Below, piece by piece: positions 21,901 to 31,905 of a DNA stretch of 64,000 nucleotides. The position numbers were made by a program, and so were the translations under genes. A model generated the notes under the pieces. That model saw only the letters and a program-made list of their open reading frames with translations, had not been told where the DNA came from and ran no database searches. This DNA is from Polyangiaceae bacterium (lineage in GTDB: Bacteria > Myxococcota_A > Polyangia > Polyangiales > Polyangiaceae), in contig JBNKBE010000009.1 in NCBI GenBank assembly GCA_050287085.1, positions 64,001 through 128,000 of the forward strand, in the 5' to 3' direction. Position 1 is the stretch's first letter. Each line of letters opens with the position of its first letter.

Positions 21901-23055
21901 ATGCGCAAAGCGTTCACCCTCCTAGCCTGCTTCCCTCTGTCTCTTGCGTTCGTCACAGCGTGTGGTCCCGAGGATACGCAACAGCCGAACGACACGACCG
22001 GCGGGATGGGCGGGGGCGCTCCAACGACCACGGCCGGCACCGGCGGCGCGGCGGGCTCGGGCGTAGCAGGCTCGGATGCGGCGGGCGCGGGTGGCACGTC
22101 TACCGCTGGCAGCTGCTTAGCGCCGGACGAAACAGGCAAGCTCACGCTCGATGCCCTCGCGGAGAACAACTACTACTTCGTCAGCGATCTCACGGTGGCC
22201 TCCGTCGACGTGATGCCCAACTCCGATCTCACGGTGGATTGGTCAGGCCTGACCAAGGACTTCAACGGCAGGCCCTTGGATCCGATGGCAGACATTCAAA
22301 GCGTCGGACTCTTGGTTTGGAATATGCCGGCGGACGAGTTCCACATGAAACTCAACCAAGATGCGTTGCAGGGCCAGTTCACCTATACCACGCCCCTATT
22401 GGCCTTCACGATGGGCTCCGTGACCTCGGCCAACGTCTTTTCCTTCGTGCCACCCACCGCGATGGACGGAAGCGAAATGCTCGATCCAGAGCAGATTCTG
22501 CCCTTCCTGAGCGCCGAGGACGTAGACCAAGATGCCGTTACCTATACCGTCATGCCGATGGGAGGCACCGCCATTGGACGCGACGTCAAGGCGATCATGC
22601 GCTTCCGCCTCAACCCGGATTCGACCAATACCACAATCAACGTCAGCGATGACTCGACGAGTCTGACCTGGGAAGCTGACCTCGATCGCGGCGCCCCCGT
22701 TCATATCCCTGCAGGCACCAGCAACATCTTGGTCAACTGGCGCCGCACGATGGAAAAGAACGTGCTCGGCAACGATTGGGTTCGTGGCAAGATTTCCGAA
22801 GTGGTCGTGGGCAAGTACCTGATGACTCCGGCCGAGTTGAGCCAGCGCTTTCTGGAGGTTGAAACCCTCGGCGACAAGTTCTTCACGGGAGAGGTCACCG
22901 CCGGAGACGAACTCGAACTGAGCACGCTGACCGACGCCGCAGGCGCGCCCTTTGGCGGAATCGACAGCGAGGGGACGTGGATCCTGGCCCTGCGCTGCGG
23001 GACCTGCGGAAACCCGGCACCCTGGTACGTGTCGGTCCTCAAACCCTGCGAGTAG
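21901..23055 (+). CDS. Hypothetical lipoprotein with C-terminal CxxC
   Basis: Lipobox VTAC, Gly-rich linker, beta-rich body, terminal LALRCGTCGNPAPW..PCE. Confidence 0.75.
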   Translation: MRKAFTLLACFPLSLAFVTACGPEDTQQPNDTTGGMGGGAPTTTAGTGGAAGSGVAGSDAAGAGGTSTAGSCLAPDETGKLTLDALAENNYYFVSDLTVASVDVMPNSDLTVDWSGLTKDFNGRPLDPMADIQSVGLLVWNMPADEFHMKLNQDALQGQFTYTTPLLAFTMGSVTSANVFSFVPPTAMDGSEMLDPEQILPFLSAEDVDQDAVTYTVMPMGGTAIGRDVKAIMRFRLNPDSTNTTINVSDDSTSLTWEADLDRGAPVHIPAGTSNILVNWRRTMEKNVLGNDWVRGKISEVVVGKYLMTPAELSQRFLEVETLGDKFFTGEVTAGDELELSTLTDAAGAPFGGIDSEGTWILALRCGTCGNPAPWYVSVLKPCE

Positions 23056-23260
23056 CCCCAGGCGCTCGCCGTGCGCCCGGGGCGCAACGCGGCTGCCGGG
23101 TGCCCCCTGCCGCCTGCGCCTTCAGCTGACAAACTGCCGAGCCTTGCTTGCGGCCACGCTCGCCGCGCGCTATGCCTTTGCTCGTCGCAAGTGCCCCTAG
23201 TGCGGGTGTGAGCGACGCGAGGTCGGGTGTATCCGTCCCGCAACGCGAAAGGAAAACATA

Positions 23261-25276
23261 ATGATATCCGTGCATCTCCCGGACGGTAGCGTCCGGCAGC
23301 TTGAGGTTGGTGCGTCCGCTCTGGACCTTGCGAGTGCTATCGGTCCCGGCTTGGCAAAAGCCGCTGTAGCCGCAAAGGTCAACGGACAAGTTTGTGATCT
23401 TCGTCAGCCGCTCGCTGACGGCGCCGACGTGGCGCTCCTGACGAAAAAGGACGCCGAAGCGCTGGATGTCCTCCGTCACTCCGCCGCTCACATGATGGCC
23501 GACGCCATCTTGCGCCTATTCCCCAAAGCACAGCTGACGATTGGTCCTGCGATCGAAGATGGCTTCTACTACGACATCTTCCTTCCGGACGGCGAGAAGA
23601 TCACCCCTGATGACTTCCCCAAGCTGGAAGAGGAAATGCGGCGCATCGCCAAAGCCAGCCTGCCCTTCGAGCGCTCCATCGCGACCAGCACGAGCGATGA
23701 AATCTACGCGCGCTACCGCGCCATCGACGGGGGCAACAACCCGTTCAAGGCCGAGCTAGTAGGCGACATTCAGAGCCGCGGAGAGGCGCTGTCGTTCTAC
23801 CGCCACGGCGAGTTCGTAGATTTGTGTCGCGGCCCTCACGTGCCAGATACGGGCTGGCTCAAGCACACCAAACTGACGAAGGTTTCGGGCGCCTATTGGC
23901 GGGCGGACGCCTCGCGCGAACAGCTCGTGCGCGTCTACGGCACGTCCTTCTTTTCGAAGAACGAGCTGCAGGACTATCTGCATGCCGTCGAAGAAGCCAA
24001 GAAGCGCGACCATCGAGTCCTAGGTGAGCAGCTAGGTCTGTTCGTCTTTCGAGAAGACGCGCCTGGCTTTCCCTTCTTCCTGCCGAAAGGCACGGTGCTG
24101 TTCAATCAACTGGCGGATTACATGAGAGGGCTGCTGCGCCGACGTGGCTACCAGGAAGTGAAGACGCCGCTCATCATGAGCGAACAGCTCTGGCATACCT
24201 CGGGTCACTACGACAACTACCTGGAGAATATGTTCTTCACGAAGCTCAAGCTTCGCGATGAACAAGATCCAACTCAGATCAACGACAACGTGCCCGAAGA
24301 GAGGCCCATGGCGGTCAAGCCGATGAACTGCCCGGGCCATCTCATGGTGTACCGCGCGCGTCTGCATAGCCACAACGAGTTCCCGCTGCGCTTCGCGGAA
24401 ATGGGTTTGGTGCATCGTCGGGAGCTCAGCGGCGTGCGCCACGGTCTCTTCCGCGTCCAGTCCTTCACGCAGGACGACGCCCATCACTTCTGCACGCCAG
24501 AGCAGATAGCGAGCGAGGTTGAGATGCTGATCGCCTTCTTCAAGGAGGTGTATGGCGCGTTCGACCTGCACGACGTGCGGGTCGAGTTGTCGACTCGCCC
24601 AGCCAAGAGCATCGGTAGCGACGAGATGTGGGAGCGTGCCGAAGGCGCACTCCGCGAAGCGCTAGAAGGGGTCGGTCTACAATACGTCGTCAATCCGGGT
24701 GATGGCGCCTTCTACGGACCCAAGATCGACTTTCACATCCGGGACGTTCTCAAGCGCTCGTGGCAATGTGGTACAATTCAGCTCGATTTCTCCATGCCGG
24801 AGCGATTTGGGCTGACCTATGTTGGAGCTGACGGCGAACGGCATACGCCCGTGATGTTGCACCGGGCCTGCTATGGCAGCCTCGAACGCTTCATGGGGAT
24901 CATCATAGAAAACTACGCCGGGGCCTTTCCACTCTGGCTCGCTCCAGTTCAGGTCGAGGTGATTCCCGTAAGCGAGAAGTTCGCAGCCTACGCGGAGCAA
25001 GTGACCGGACGCTTGCTCGACGCGGGACTACGTGCCGAAGCCAATCTGGGACCCGACCGCGTAGGCTACAAGATTCGACAGAGCAGCCTACAGAAGATCC
25101 CCTACAGCGTCGTGGTTGGAGAGAAGGAGCAAGCGGCAAATACGCTCGCTGTGCGCTCTCACGCGCGAGGTGAAGTCGGCTCAATGCCCCTGGAAACCTT
25201 TCTGGAGGCACTCGCGGCCGAGCGTCAACCTGGGGGGCGTCCGACGCTGGAGGCAGAAGCCGAACGTTCGAACTAG
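23261..25276 (+). CDS. thrS: Threonine--tRNA ligase
   Basis: TGS domain, RHSAAH, DLCRGPHVP, KPMNCPGH, FTQDDAH, GAFYGPKID, WQCGTIQLD, LHRA. Confidence 0.98.
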   Translation: MISVHLPDGSVRQLEVGASALDLASAIGPGLAKAAVAAKVNGQVCDLRQPLADGADVALLTKKDAEALDVLRHSAAHMMADAILRLFPKAQLTIGPAIEDGFYYDIFLPDGEKITPDDFPKLEEEMRRIAKASLPFERSIATSTSDEIYARYRAIDGGNNPFKAELVGDIQSRGEALSFYRHGEFVDLCRGPHVPDTGWLKHTKLTKVSGAYWRADASREQLVRVYGTSFFSKNELQDYLHAVEEAKKRDHRVLGEQLGLFVFREDAPGFPFFLPKGTVLFNQLADYMRGLLRRRGYQEVKTPLIMSEQLWHTSGHYDNYLENMFFTKLKLRDEQDPTQINDNVPEERPMAVKPMNCPGHLMVYRARLHSHNEFPLRFAEMGLVHRRELSGVRHGLFRVQSFTQDDAHHFCTPEQIASEVEMLIAFFKEVYGAFDLHDVRVELSTRPAKSIGSDEMWERAEGALREALEGVGLQYVVNPGDGAFYGPKIDFHIRDVLKRSWQCGTIQLDFSMPERFGLTYVGADGERHTPVMLHRACYGSLERFMGIIIENYAGAFPLWLAPVQVEVIPVSEKFAAYAEQVTGRLLDAGLRAEANLGPDRVGYKIRQSSLQKIPYSVVVGEKEQAANTLAVRSHARGEVGSMPLETFLEALAAERQPGGRPTLEAEAERSN

Positions 25277-25429
25277 CCGTCGAGCGAGGTCTGGCCGTCC
25301 CGTGGGGCGGCCCCTCCGGACGGTCATGGGGTGTGGGCGCAAGGGCTCGCGACGCTGGCAATGCCCGGTCGAACGGGATACGATGCCGCCCCCGGCCCAC
25401 CGTCCTGCGAACGGTGCCGGTGACACCCC

Positions 25430-27613
25430 ATGAACAACGTTAAGGATAGCCGGCGCGATCCGCGGGCCAAGGTGTTGAGTATGACCGTGCGCTACAAGAG
25501 CGCAACGGTCATGGACTTCGTGGAGAATCACTCCCACGACATCAGCCGCGGCGGCATGTTCATCAAGACGCCGTCGCCATTTCCCCCCGGAACGCTGCTG
25601 AAATTTGAGGTGCGACTCGCGTCCGATCAGCGTGTGCTGATGGGTGTGGGCCGCGTCGCGTGGAAGCGGGAAACTGAGCTCGGCGAGGAGCGTCCCGCAG
25701 GCATGGGCGTCAAGTTCATCAAACTCAACGGAGAAACAGCGGCGCTCATCGACGAATTGCTCGCAGGGCGCGCTGATGAATCCTCAGCGTACGAGCGGGG
25801 CGCTCGTGAACTGGGCGTTCGCTTGTCGCGTCCCCCATCTCTCATGCCTCCGTCCCTCAGCCTGACGCCGGGGCGCTTGAGCCTTCGCCCAAGCGTGCCC
25901 CCCCCTGCCGCTCAGAAGAGCGCTTCCACGCGCCCGGCTGGAGCCACTCGCAGTCAGCCCCCGGGCGTTCCAACCCGCCCTGACGACGAAACACTGATGG
26001 GAGTAGCTCCTCCGCCGGTCGAAACAGCTTCGACCCCTCCCGTGGCGTCAAGGAACAAGACGCTGATGGGACTTCAGTCGGCTCCCGTTCCGCCCCTCGC
26101 TGCCTCACCCTCCGACAGCGCCGGACACACTTTGCTAGGGATAGCCACTGCCGGCATGTTGCCGGCTACGGGGGGCAGCTCGGCCCAAGGCGGCTCTCCG
26201 CAGCCTCCCCGGGACGGGAACGCGCGCTCTGAGCCTGCGCCCTCGCCGTTCGAAGCGGCGGCGCGAAACGCGCCCCCCGAAGAGCCGGCTCGGGCCGATA
26301 GCAACGACGCAGCGGACGATCGGCACGCCCTGGCACCCGCCGAGACGGCGCGTGCTCTGGCGACCAGAGCTCGGGACACGATGCAGCCCGGCAACGAAGC
26401 TGACAACAGCCTCGATGACCAAGCCCCGCTCCGAAGCAGCACACGAGGCTCGGCCGAACAAGCCGAGCCGAAGATGCAGAGCGCAACGGCCGATGACGGT
26501 GCAGCGGCCGATGACAGCGCAACGGCCGATGACAGCGCAACGCTGCAAACGCTTGCGGACGACAGCGCCCCGGAAGAACGAGCGACGCTCCCCACGGGCA
26601 GGCGCGCCGAGACCTTGTTGTCCGAGGCCTCACAGGTAGAGGGCGGACGAAGCAACAAGGGTAAGGGCAAACGGAAGAGCAAGAAGGGCAACAAGCGTCG
26701 CAAACCCAAGTACAACACTCAGGTGCGCGTGGCGGTACGCGCTTCCGATCCTCCCACGCCGGCGCCGGCGCCCAAAGCGCGCAAGGGCGAACCCGACGCA
26801 GTGGTCAGCACGGCGTCCACCAGCCCGCCCCATCGCCTCAAGACTGAAGCCTCCACAAAGCGGGGCCGGCAAGTCAACCAGCCCGCCAAGCAGGAGCGTA
26901 AATCCTCCAAGCTACCCGCCATTGCCCTGGTCGCACTCGTTGCGTTGATTGGCTACGCAATTCTGCGCAGCGGCAAGGAACCCCCGCTCTCCCGCGAGCC
27001 CTCCCCCGCAGCAAAGCCAGCGACACCCCAATCTCCCAATGCGGTCCAGCCACGCGATCCGCCCACAAGGGCCGAGCCAGCGGTCGTAGATCCCAACCCC
27101 GCACCCTCAGAAAACCCCTCCCCGAGCAGCAGCCCGGTCGGGACGGTCGCGGCGCCCAGTGATACCCTTGAGGCCATCCAACCAGCGACCGACGATGCCG
27201 CAACGCAGGCGCCTGTCCCCGGCGATGACGTGGCGAATGCATCCGACGACCTGGCCGGAGGAGAGCCGTCCGATGGGGCAGAGCCTTCGACGCTGGAAGC
27301 GCAGGCAGCGGCTGAACGCGCAGAAGCCAGAGCTCGCTATCGACATTGGAAAGCGCGTCGTGAGGCGGCTGAAGTTGCGCAACGCGAAGCTGAAGCCGCG
27401 CAGGCCGCAGCCAACGCTCAAGATACGGCCGCCGCCGCGACCACAACGGGCGCTCCCACGGCCAGCGATGTCGCAACTGGCGAAGTGCGCAATGCCGCAC
27501 CCCACGGGAGCATGGCAACGGCGCCGAGCGCCGCAACAAGCCCGACAGCCGCACCCCCGCAAGACAGCGTCGCACCTGCACCTGCACCTGCGCCAAGCGC
27601 CGGCACACCCTAG
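25430..27613 (+). CDS. Myxobacterial PilZ-domain (TIGR02266-type) membrane protein with long low-complexity regions
   Basis: RRDPR and DISRGGMFI motifs, GRVAW, PAGMGVKF; single TM LPAIALVALVALIGYAIL. Confidence 0.85.
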   Translation: MNNVKDSRRDPRAKVLSMTVRYKSATVMDFVENHSHDISRGGMFIKTPSPFPPGTLLKFEVRLASDQRVLMGVGRVAWKRETELGEERPAGMGVKFIKLNGETAALIDELLAGRADESSAYERGARELGVRLSRPPSLMPPSLSLTPGRLSLRPSVPPPAAQKSASTRPAGATRSQPPGVPTRPDDETLMGVAPPPVETASTPPVASRNKTLMGLQSAPVPPLAASPSDSAGHTLLGIATAGMLPATGGSSAQGGSPQPPRDGNARSEPAPSPFEAAARNAPPEEPARADSNDAADDRHALAPAETARALATRARDTMQPGNEADNSLDDQAPLRSSTRGSAEQAEPKMQSATADDGAAADDSATADDSATLQTLADDSAPEERATLPTGRRAETLLSEASQVEGGRSNKGKGKRKSKKGNKRRKPKYNTQVRVAVRASDPPTPAPAPKARKGEPDAVVSTASTSPPHRLKTEASTKRGRQVNQPAKQERKSSKLPAIALVALVALIGYAILRSGKEPPLSREPSPAAKPATPQSPNAVQPRDPPTRAEPAVVDPNPAPSENPSPSSSPVGTVAAPSDTLEAIQPATDDAATQAPVPGDDVANASDDLAGGEPSDGAEPSTLEAQAAAERAEARARYRHWKARREAAEVAQREAEAAQAAANAQDTAAAATTTGAPTASDVATGEVRNAAPHGSMATAPSAATSPTAAPPQDSVAPAPAPAPSAGTP
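26480..26542 (+). repeat. 18-bp tandem repeat, about 3.5 copies, coding (SATADD)
   Basis: agcgcaacggccgatgac / ggtgcagcggccgatgac / agcgcaacggccgatgac / agcgcaacg. Confidence 0.9.
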
Positions 27614-27780
27614 AGGCATGGCCCCAGCAGGCCTCACGTCCACTCATCAACACCGCCGCCGTTGTGGCGACGGCCGGTGCGCTGACGCTTGACGTCAGAA
27701 GCTGCCACCGAGAACCTCAGCCGTTCTCACCGGCCCTAGGCTTCTCGCCTACCCCCAACACGGCGCCGCGCTCGACTTGT

Positions 27781-29589
27781 CTAGCGCGCTTGTTCCAACA
27801 CCCCCGCGTCAACGCAACTCAAGCAGCCCTGCGGGCATTGCGTGCTAGTGACCAGCGCGTTGATGACACGCTCCAGCCGGTCATCCTTGGGCAGCGGCTG
27901 TGCACTCAACACGCGACGGCGCTCTCGACAACCGCTCGCGACCACAAGCGCTGCGCCAAGTTGAGTTGCTGCAGTTGCGCGCTTCACAAACTCCGGTGAG
28001 TCGAGCCATGCGCGCGCGCGGCGCGCCGTCGCCGGAGGAACACCCGCAGTCGTAGCCAGATCGAGCGCGATGTCAGGGCCGATCGCGCCCGTCTTGTCCG
28101 AGCTGAGAAGGGCAAATCCAGCTTCGGCTTCAGCGCCTTGAGTCATGAACCACAACGCGCTCTTCATATGCGGACTGCCCACGGCCCCGGGGTCCGTCGT
28201 AAGAGCATCGGTCAGAGTATCTAACGCCAATCGCTCTTTGCCGGCCTTCTGCTGCAAGCGCGCCTGAGCCGCGCGAACCGCCCCATCCCGAGGAAAGCGC
28301 GCCGCCAGCGCGTCGAGGGCCAACGCGCCGGCCTTCTGTGCCTCGCGAATCGCGCTCGCCGACGCCCGCGCCTCCCCGGGCAGGGGCGCTCTAGCGTCGC
28401 TTGCCACTACCTTCGGCGCGGATTCGTCCGGCGCCGGCTGATTCACCTCCGGCCCATCCAATCCCACCAGCAAGCCAGCAATCCCGCCAAGCAAGACCAC
28501 GGGCACAGCGATCAGCCCCCAAAGCGGAACCGCATCGAGTAGTTTCCAAAGCCCCTTGGGCGTCACGGCTCGCAGTCTCCGCGCACGCTCCGCCTCACGC
28601 CGGCTCTGAGCTAACGCCTCAGAAGCATTGAGCGCCGACCGCGGTCCGCCTTGCTCCCGCCGATACTCTTCAGCCAGTGCCTCCGCGACCGCCGCGGCCG
28701 GTCCCAGTCGGGCCGAAGCCTCGTTAACCAAGAGCAGTCTAACAATCTGCTCCACCGACGAGCTGACCTGCACTTGGGGACACTTCTCCGCAAGTGCTGG
28801 AAGCTTGCCAGCAAGCTGTTGTCCAAGCACCCCGAGCTCTTTGCCTCCGACGAAAGGCCGCTTCCCTGAGAGCATTTCAAATAGAATGACCCCAAGAGAG
28901 TACAAGTCGGCACGGGCGTCTACCGACTGTCCAAGCGCCTGCTCCGGTGCCATGTAGTCCGGCGTGCCAAACACCATGCCCGCTTTGGTGATGGTCTCCC
29001 CCGTGTCCTTACCTGTATCGACCGCGGTCATACCTCCAGCCGCGATCTCGACGGGCACTTTGGCAACGCCGAAATCCAACACCTTGACGAAATCGGGATC
29101 CGAACCGCGCTGGACGAGCATCACGTTCTCGGGCTTCAGATCCCGATGGACGATGTCGAGAGCATGGGCCGCAGCCAGCGCCGACGCGATCTGACCTGCG
29201 ATATGAAGGGCCCTGGCTTCCGAAAGCGGCCCTTCATTGAGCACACTGCGAAGGGTCCGCCCTTCGACATACTCCAATATCAGGTATACCGAACCGTCAG
29301 AAAGCTTACCAAAGTCGGTCGCCGCCGCGACGTTGGGGTGCTCGATGTGCGCGGCCGCCAGCGCTTCCCGTTCAAAGCGTGCCAATACCTCCGGAACCCG
29401 AGTGAGTTCCCGCCGCAAGACCTTGATTGCCACCGCCTTGCGCATGTGCACGTGTTCCCCAAGGAACACCCGTCCCATCGCCCCCTCGTCCAGCAACTTG
29501 ACGACTCGGTAGCGCTCCCCCACGAGCATGCCCGCAACAGGAATGCTCGTGGGCGGGGCCGGAGGCAACCGTGCGGACATGGTGCTCAT
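27781..29589 (-). CDS. Membrane-anchored Hanks-type Ser/Thr protein kinase
   Basis: EGAMGRV, VAIK, HRDLKPEN, DFG, GTPDYMAPE; TM segment; helical C-terminus with Cys residues; start uncertain. Confidence 0.93.
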   Translation of the reverse strand: MSTMSARLPPAPPTSIPVAGMLVGERYRVVKLLDEGAMGRVFLGEHVHMRKAVAIKVLRRELTRVPEVLARFEREALAAAHIEHPNVAAATDFGKLSDGSVYLILEYVEGRTLRSVLNEGPLSEARALHIAGQIASALAAAHALDIVHRDLKPENVMLVQRGSDPDFVKVLDFGVAKVPVEIAAGGMTAVDTGKDTGETITKAGMVFGTPDYMAPEQALGQSVDARADLYSLGVILFEMLSGKRPFVGGKELGVLGQQLAGKLPALAEKCPQVQVSSSVEQIVRLLLVNEASARLGPAAAVAEALAEEYRREQGGPRSALNASEALAQSRREAERARRLRAVTPKGLWKLLDAVPLWGLIAVPVVLLGGIAGLLVGLDGPEVNQPAPDESAPKVVASDARAPLPGEARASASAIREAQKAGALALDALAARFPRDGAVRAAQARLQQKAGKERLALDTLTDALTTDPGAVGSPHMKSALWFMTQGAEAEAGFALLSSDKTGAIGPDIALDLATTAGVPPATARRARAWLDSPEFVKRATAATQLGAALVVASGCRERRRVLSAQPLPKDDRLERVINALVTSTQCPQGCLSCVDAGVLEQAR

Positions 29590-29756
29590 TGTATCGTCCA
29601 AGGTCACCATTGCGATAGGGGCAGCGCGTATTTTCGCGCTCCTACGCGTTCCGGCGTGGGTCAAGCAAAGAGCCCAACTCCCTAGCGGGAATTGGGCTCA
29701 TTTGCTTGGCGTCAGCTCAGCCTAAACCGAGTTGCGCATCGAGAACGAATCCCGAC

Positions 29757-31691
29757 CTACTTCGCTTCCTTGAGCGCCACCTGTACGAGCTTATCAAAGT
29801 TCTCGTAGGGCTGAGCACCGTTGACGAAGTACCCGTTGATCAGGAACGCCGGGGTCCCCCGAACGCCGGCCTTGCGGGCCGCTTCGACGTCCGCCTCAAC
29901 GTGCTTCTGATGCGTCCGACCATCCAGAGCCGCTTTGAACTTCGCCATGTCGAGGCCTAGCTCGGCTGCGTACTTGTCGAGGTCAGCGCGCTCCAAGGCT
30001 TTCTGGTTGTCGAAGAGCTTGTCGTGCATTGCCCAAAACCCGGTAGCTCCACGCTGCACGAATGCCTCCTGAGCTGCCTCAGCGGCCAAAGGCGCTTGCT
30101 TGTGGAAAGGCAAAGGCATGTTGCGCCAGACCATCTGTATGTCGTTCGGATAGGTCTTGAGCAACTGCGCTACTGTCGGATTAACGCGCGAACAGAAGGG
30201 GCACTGGAAGTCCGAAAACTCCTGAATGACCACCTTGGCGCCGGCTTTGCCCTTGGTCGGGTTTGCCGCCGACACCGGCGGTACGTCACGCTTCTCGGGC
30301 GGGGGTGGCCCCTTAGCGGACTTCATGACCGCGGCGTAAACCTGGGACCGCGGCGTTCCCTTCTCGACCAACGCGCGCGCTACCTTCAGGCGATCATCGA
30401 TCAGCTCCTCGAACTTGGCCAAAGGCTGCGCGCCGCTCAGACGGCGACCGTTGATGAAGAAGTGTGGTGTTCCACGCGCGCCCACGTCGCTGGCGAGCGT
30501 TTGACTCTCCGCTATGCGCGCGGCAATGGCCTTGTCAGCAATGGCCGCGTCGACCTCAGCAGCTGACAAGCCCAACTGGGCGCCAAAGCCCTTCAATGCA
30601 CTCGGGTCGGCAAAGCTCTTCTGGCCGCCGAACAACAAGTCGTGAGCCTTCCAGAAGGCGTCGGAGCCCCCCTTCTTGAAAGCGGCACGAGCGATCGCGG
30701 CTGCCGGTTTGGCGTTCTTGTGGAATGGGAGGGGATTGTCCTTCCACACGACGCGAACGTCCTGACCGTACTTCTCCATGACCGACTTCAAGGTCGGGTT
30801 CACGCGCGAGCAGAACGGACACTCAAAGTCCGAGAACTCGACGATCGTGACCAGCGCGTCAGCTCCGCCCTTGACGGGGTCGTCCTCGCGAACCTCCACC
30901 TTCCACACGGTGGTATCCTCTTTCGGCTCCTCCTGGGCTTTCGGCGCAGTGAAGTTCTTCTTCGTGAGCAGGGCGCTGACTTCCGAAGCCTTCGTACCCT
31001 TCTTGACCAATGCGTCCGCTTCTTTGAGCTGCTCGTCGATCACCGTCTTGAAGCGCTCGAAGGGCTGGGCCCCGGCCAAGGTCACGCCATTGATGCGAAA
31101 CGCGGGCGTGCCCGTCGCTCCGATCTTGCGATTGCCCGCCATGTCCTTCTGGATCGCCGCAACGAGCTTCTTGTTGTCGGCCAATGCTGCCTTAAACTTG
31201 GCAGCGTCCACGCCAGCCTCGGTCGCCCATTTCTCGAAGTTCTCGGGCGTCAAAGCCTTCTGGTTGGCAAATGCCAGGTCGTGGAACTTCCAGAAGGCGT
31301 CGTTGCCGCCCAACTCAAATACGGCCTGCGCGGCTTCGTGAGCGGGTTGCGCCTGCTTGTGGAAGGGAAGGGGGTTGTGCTTCCAGACAAAGCGAACCTT
31401 GTCGCCGTAGGTCTCCTTGATCTGCTTCAGCGTGCCGTTTACACGACTGCAGAAGGGGCACTGAAAGTCGCTGATCTCCACGATGGTGACCAGTGCATCC
31501 GCTTTGCCCCACGTCGGATCGTCCTGCTCGATGGGGATCGGGCCACCGCTAGCCGCGTTGGTGGGGGCTACCTCAGCAGCCGGCTCGGGGCTGACAGCAA
31601 CACCCTCTTTGCTCTTGTTGTAGCCGTACATGACGAAGATCCCGAGCATGAAGCTCACGACCATTCCGACAATGGCTTGTCCTTTTTGCAT
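29757..31691 (-). CDS. Membrane-anchored protein with three tandem DsbA/thioredoxin-like domains
   Basis: N-terminal TM; three SDF(Q/E)CPFCSR motifs each paired with a GTP cis-Pro loop and GAQP; GGAGA upstream of ATG 31691. Confidence 0.92.
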   Translation of the reverse strand: MQKGQAIVGMVVSFMLGIFVMYGYNKSKEGVAVSPEPAAEVAPTNAASGGPIPIEQDDPTWGKADALVTIVEISDFQCPFCSRVNGTLKQIKETYGDKVRFVWKHNPLPFHKQAQPAHEAAQAVFELGGNDAFWKFHDLAFANQKALTPENFEKWATEAGVDAAKFKAALADNKKLVAAIQKDMAGNRKIGATGTPAFRINGVTLAGAQPFERFKTVIDEQLKEADALVKKGTKASEVSALLTKKNFTAPKAQEEPKEDTTVWKVEVREDDPVKGGADALVTIVEFSDFECPFCSRVNPTLKSVMEKYGQDVRVVWKDNPLPFHKNAKPAAAIARAAFKKGGSDAFWKAHDLLFGGQKSFADPSALKGFGAQLGLSAAEVDAAIADKAIAARIAESQTLASDVGARGTPHFFINGRRLSGAQPLAKFEELIDDRLKVARALVEKGTPRSQVYAAVMKSAKGPPPPEKRDVPPVSAANPTKGKAGAKVVIQEFSDFQCPFCSRVNPTVAQLLKTYPNDIQMVWRNMPLPFHKQAPLAAEAAQEAFVQRGATGFWAMHDKLFDNQKALERADLDKYAAELGLDMAKFKAALDGRTHQKHVEADVEAARKAGVRGTPAFLINGYFVNGAQPYENFDKLVQVALKEAK

Positions 31692-31905
31692 ATTTCTTGG
31701 TTCTCCAGGCCGCAAACGCTGCGGCACACAAATGTCAAACAAACGTCCTGGCGTACTGCTACGCCGACGAGGCAGCGCTCTATGCCGCCGATAAACGCAG
31801 CCCAGTGCGAGAAGCAACAGGCCTCACACCTCTGGTTGCATCATGGGCCGCGGGCACCAGTCCCTCGCCTAAACTGCAGAATGTAGGGGCCGGCTTCAAA
31901 CCGGC

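Noticed and set aside
23056..23260. thrS leader as a T-box or structured operator
   Set aside because: No T-box consensus or convincing anticodon-mimic hairpin was recognised.
30642..31886. Long antisense ORFs (also 10046-10948, 51730-52929 and others)
   Set aside because: Shadow frames of well-supported genes in high-GC DNA.
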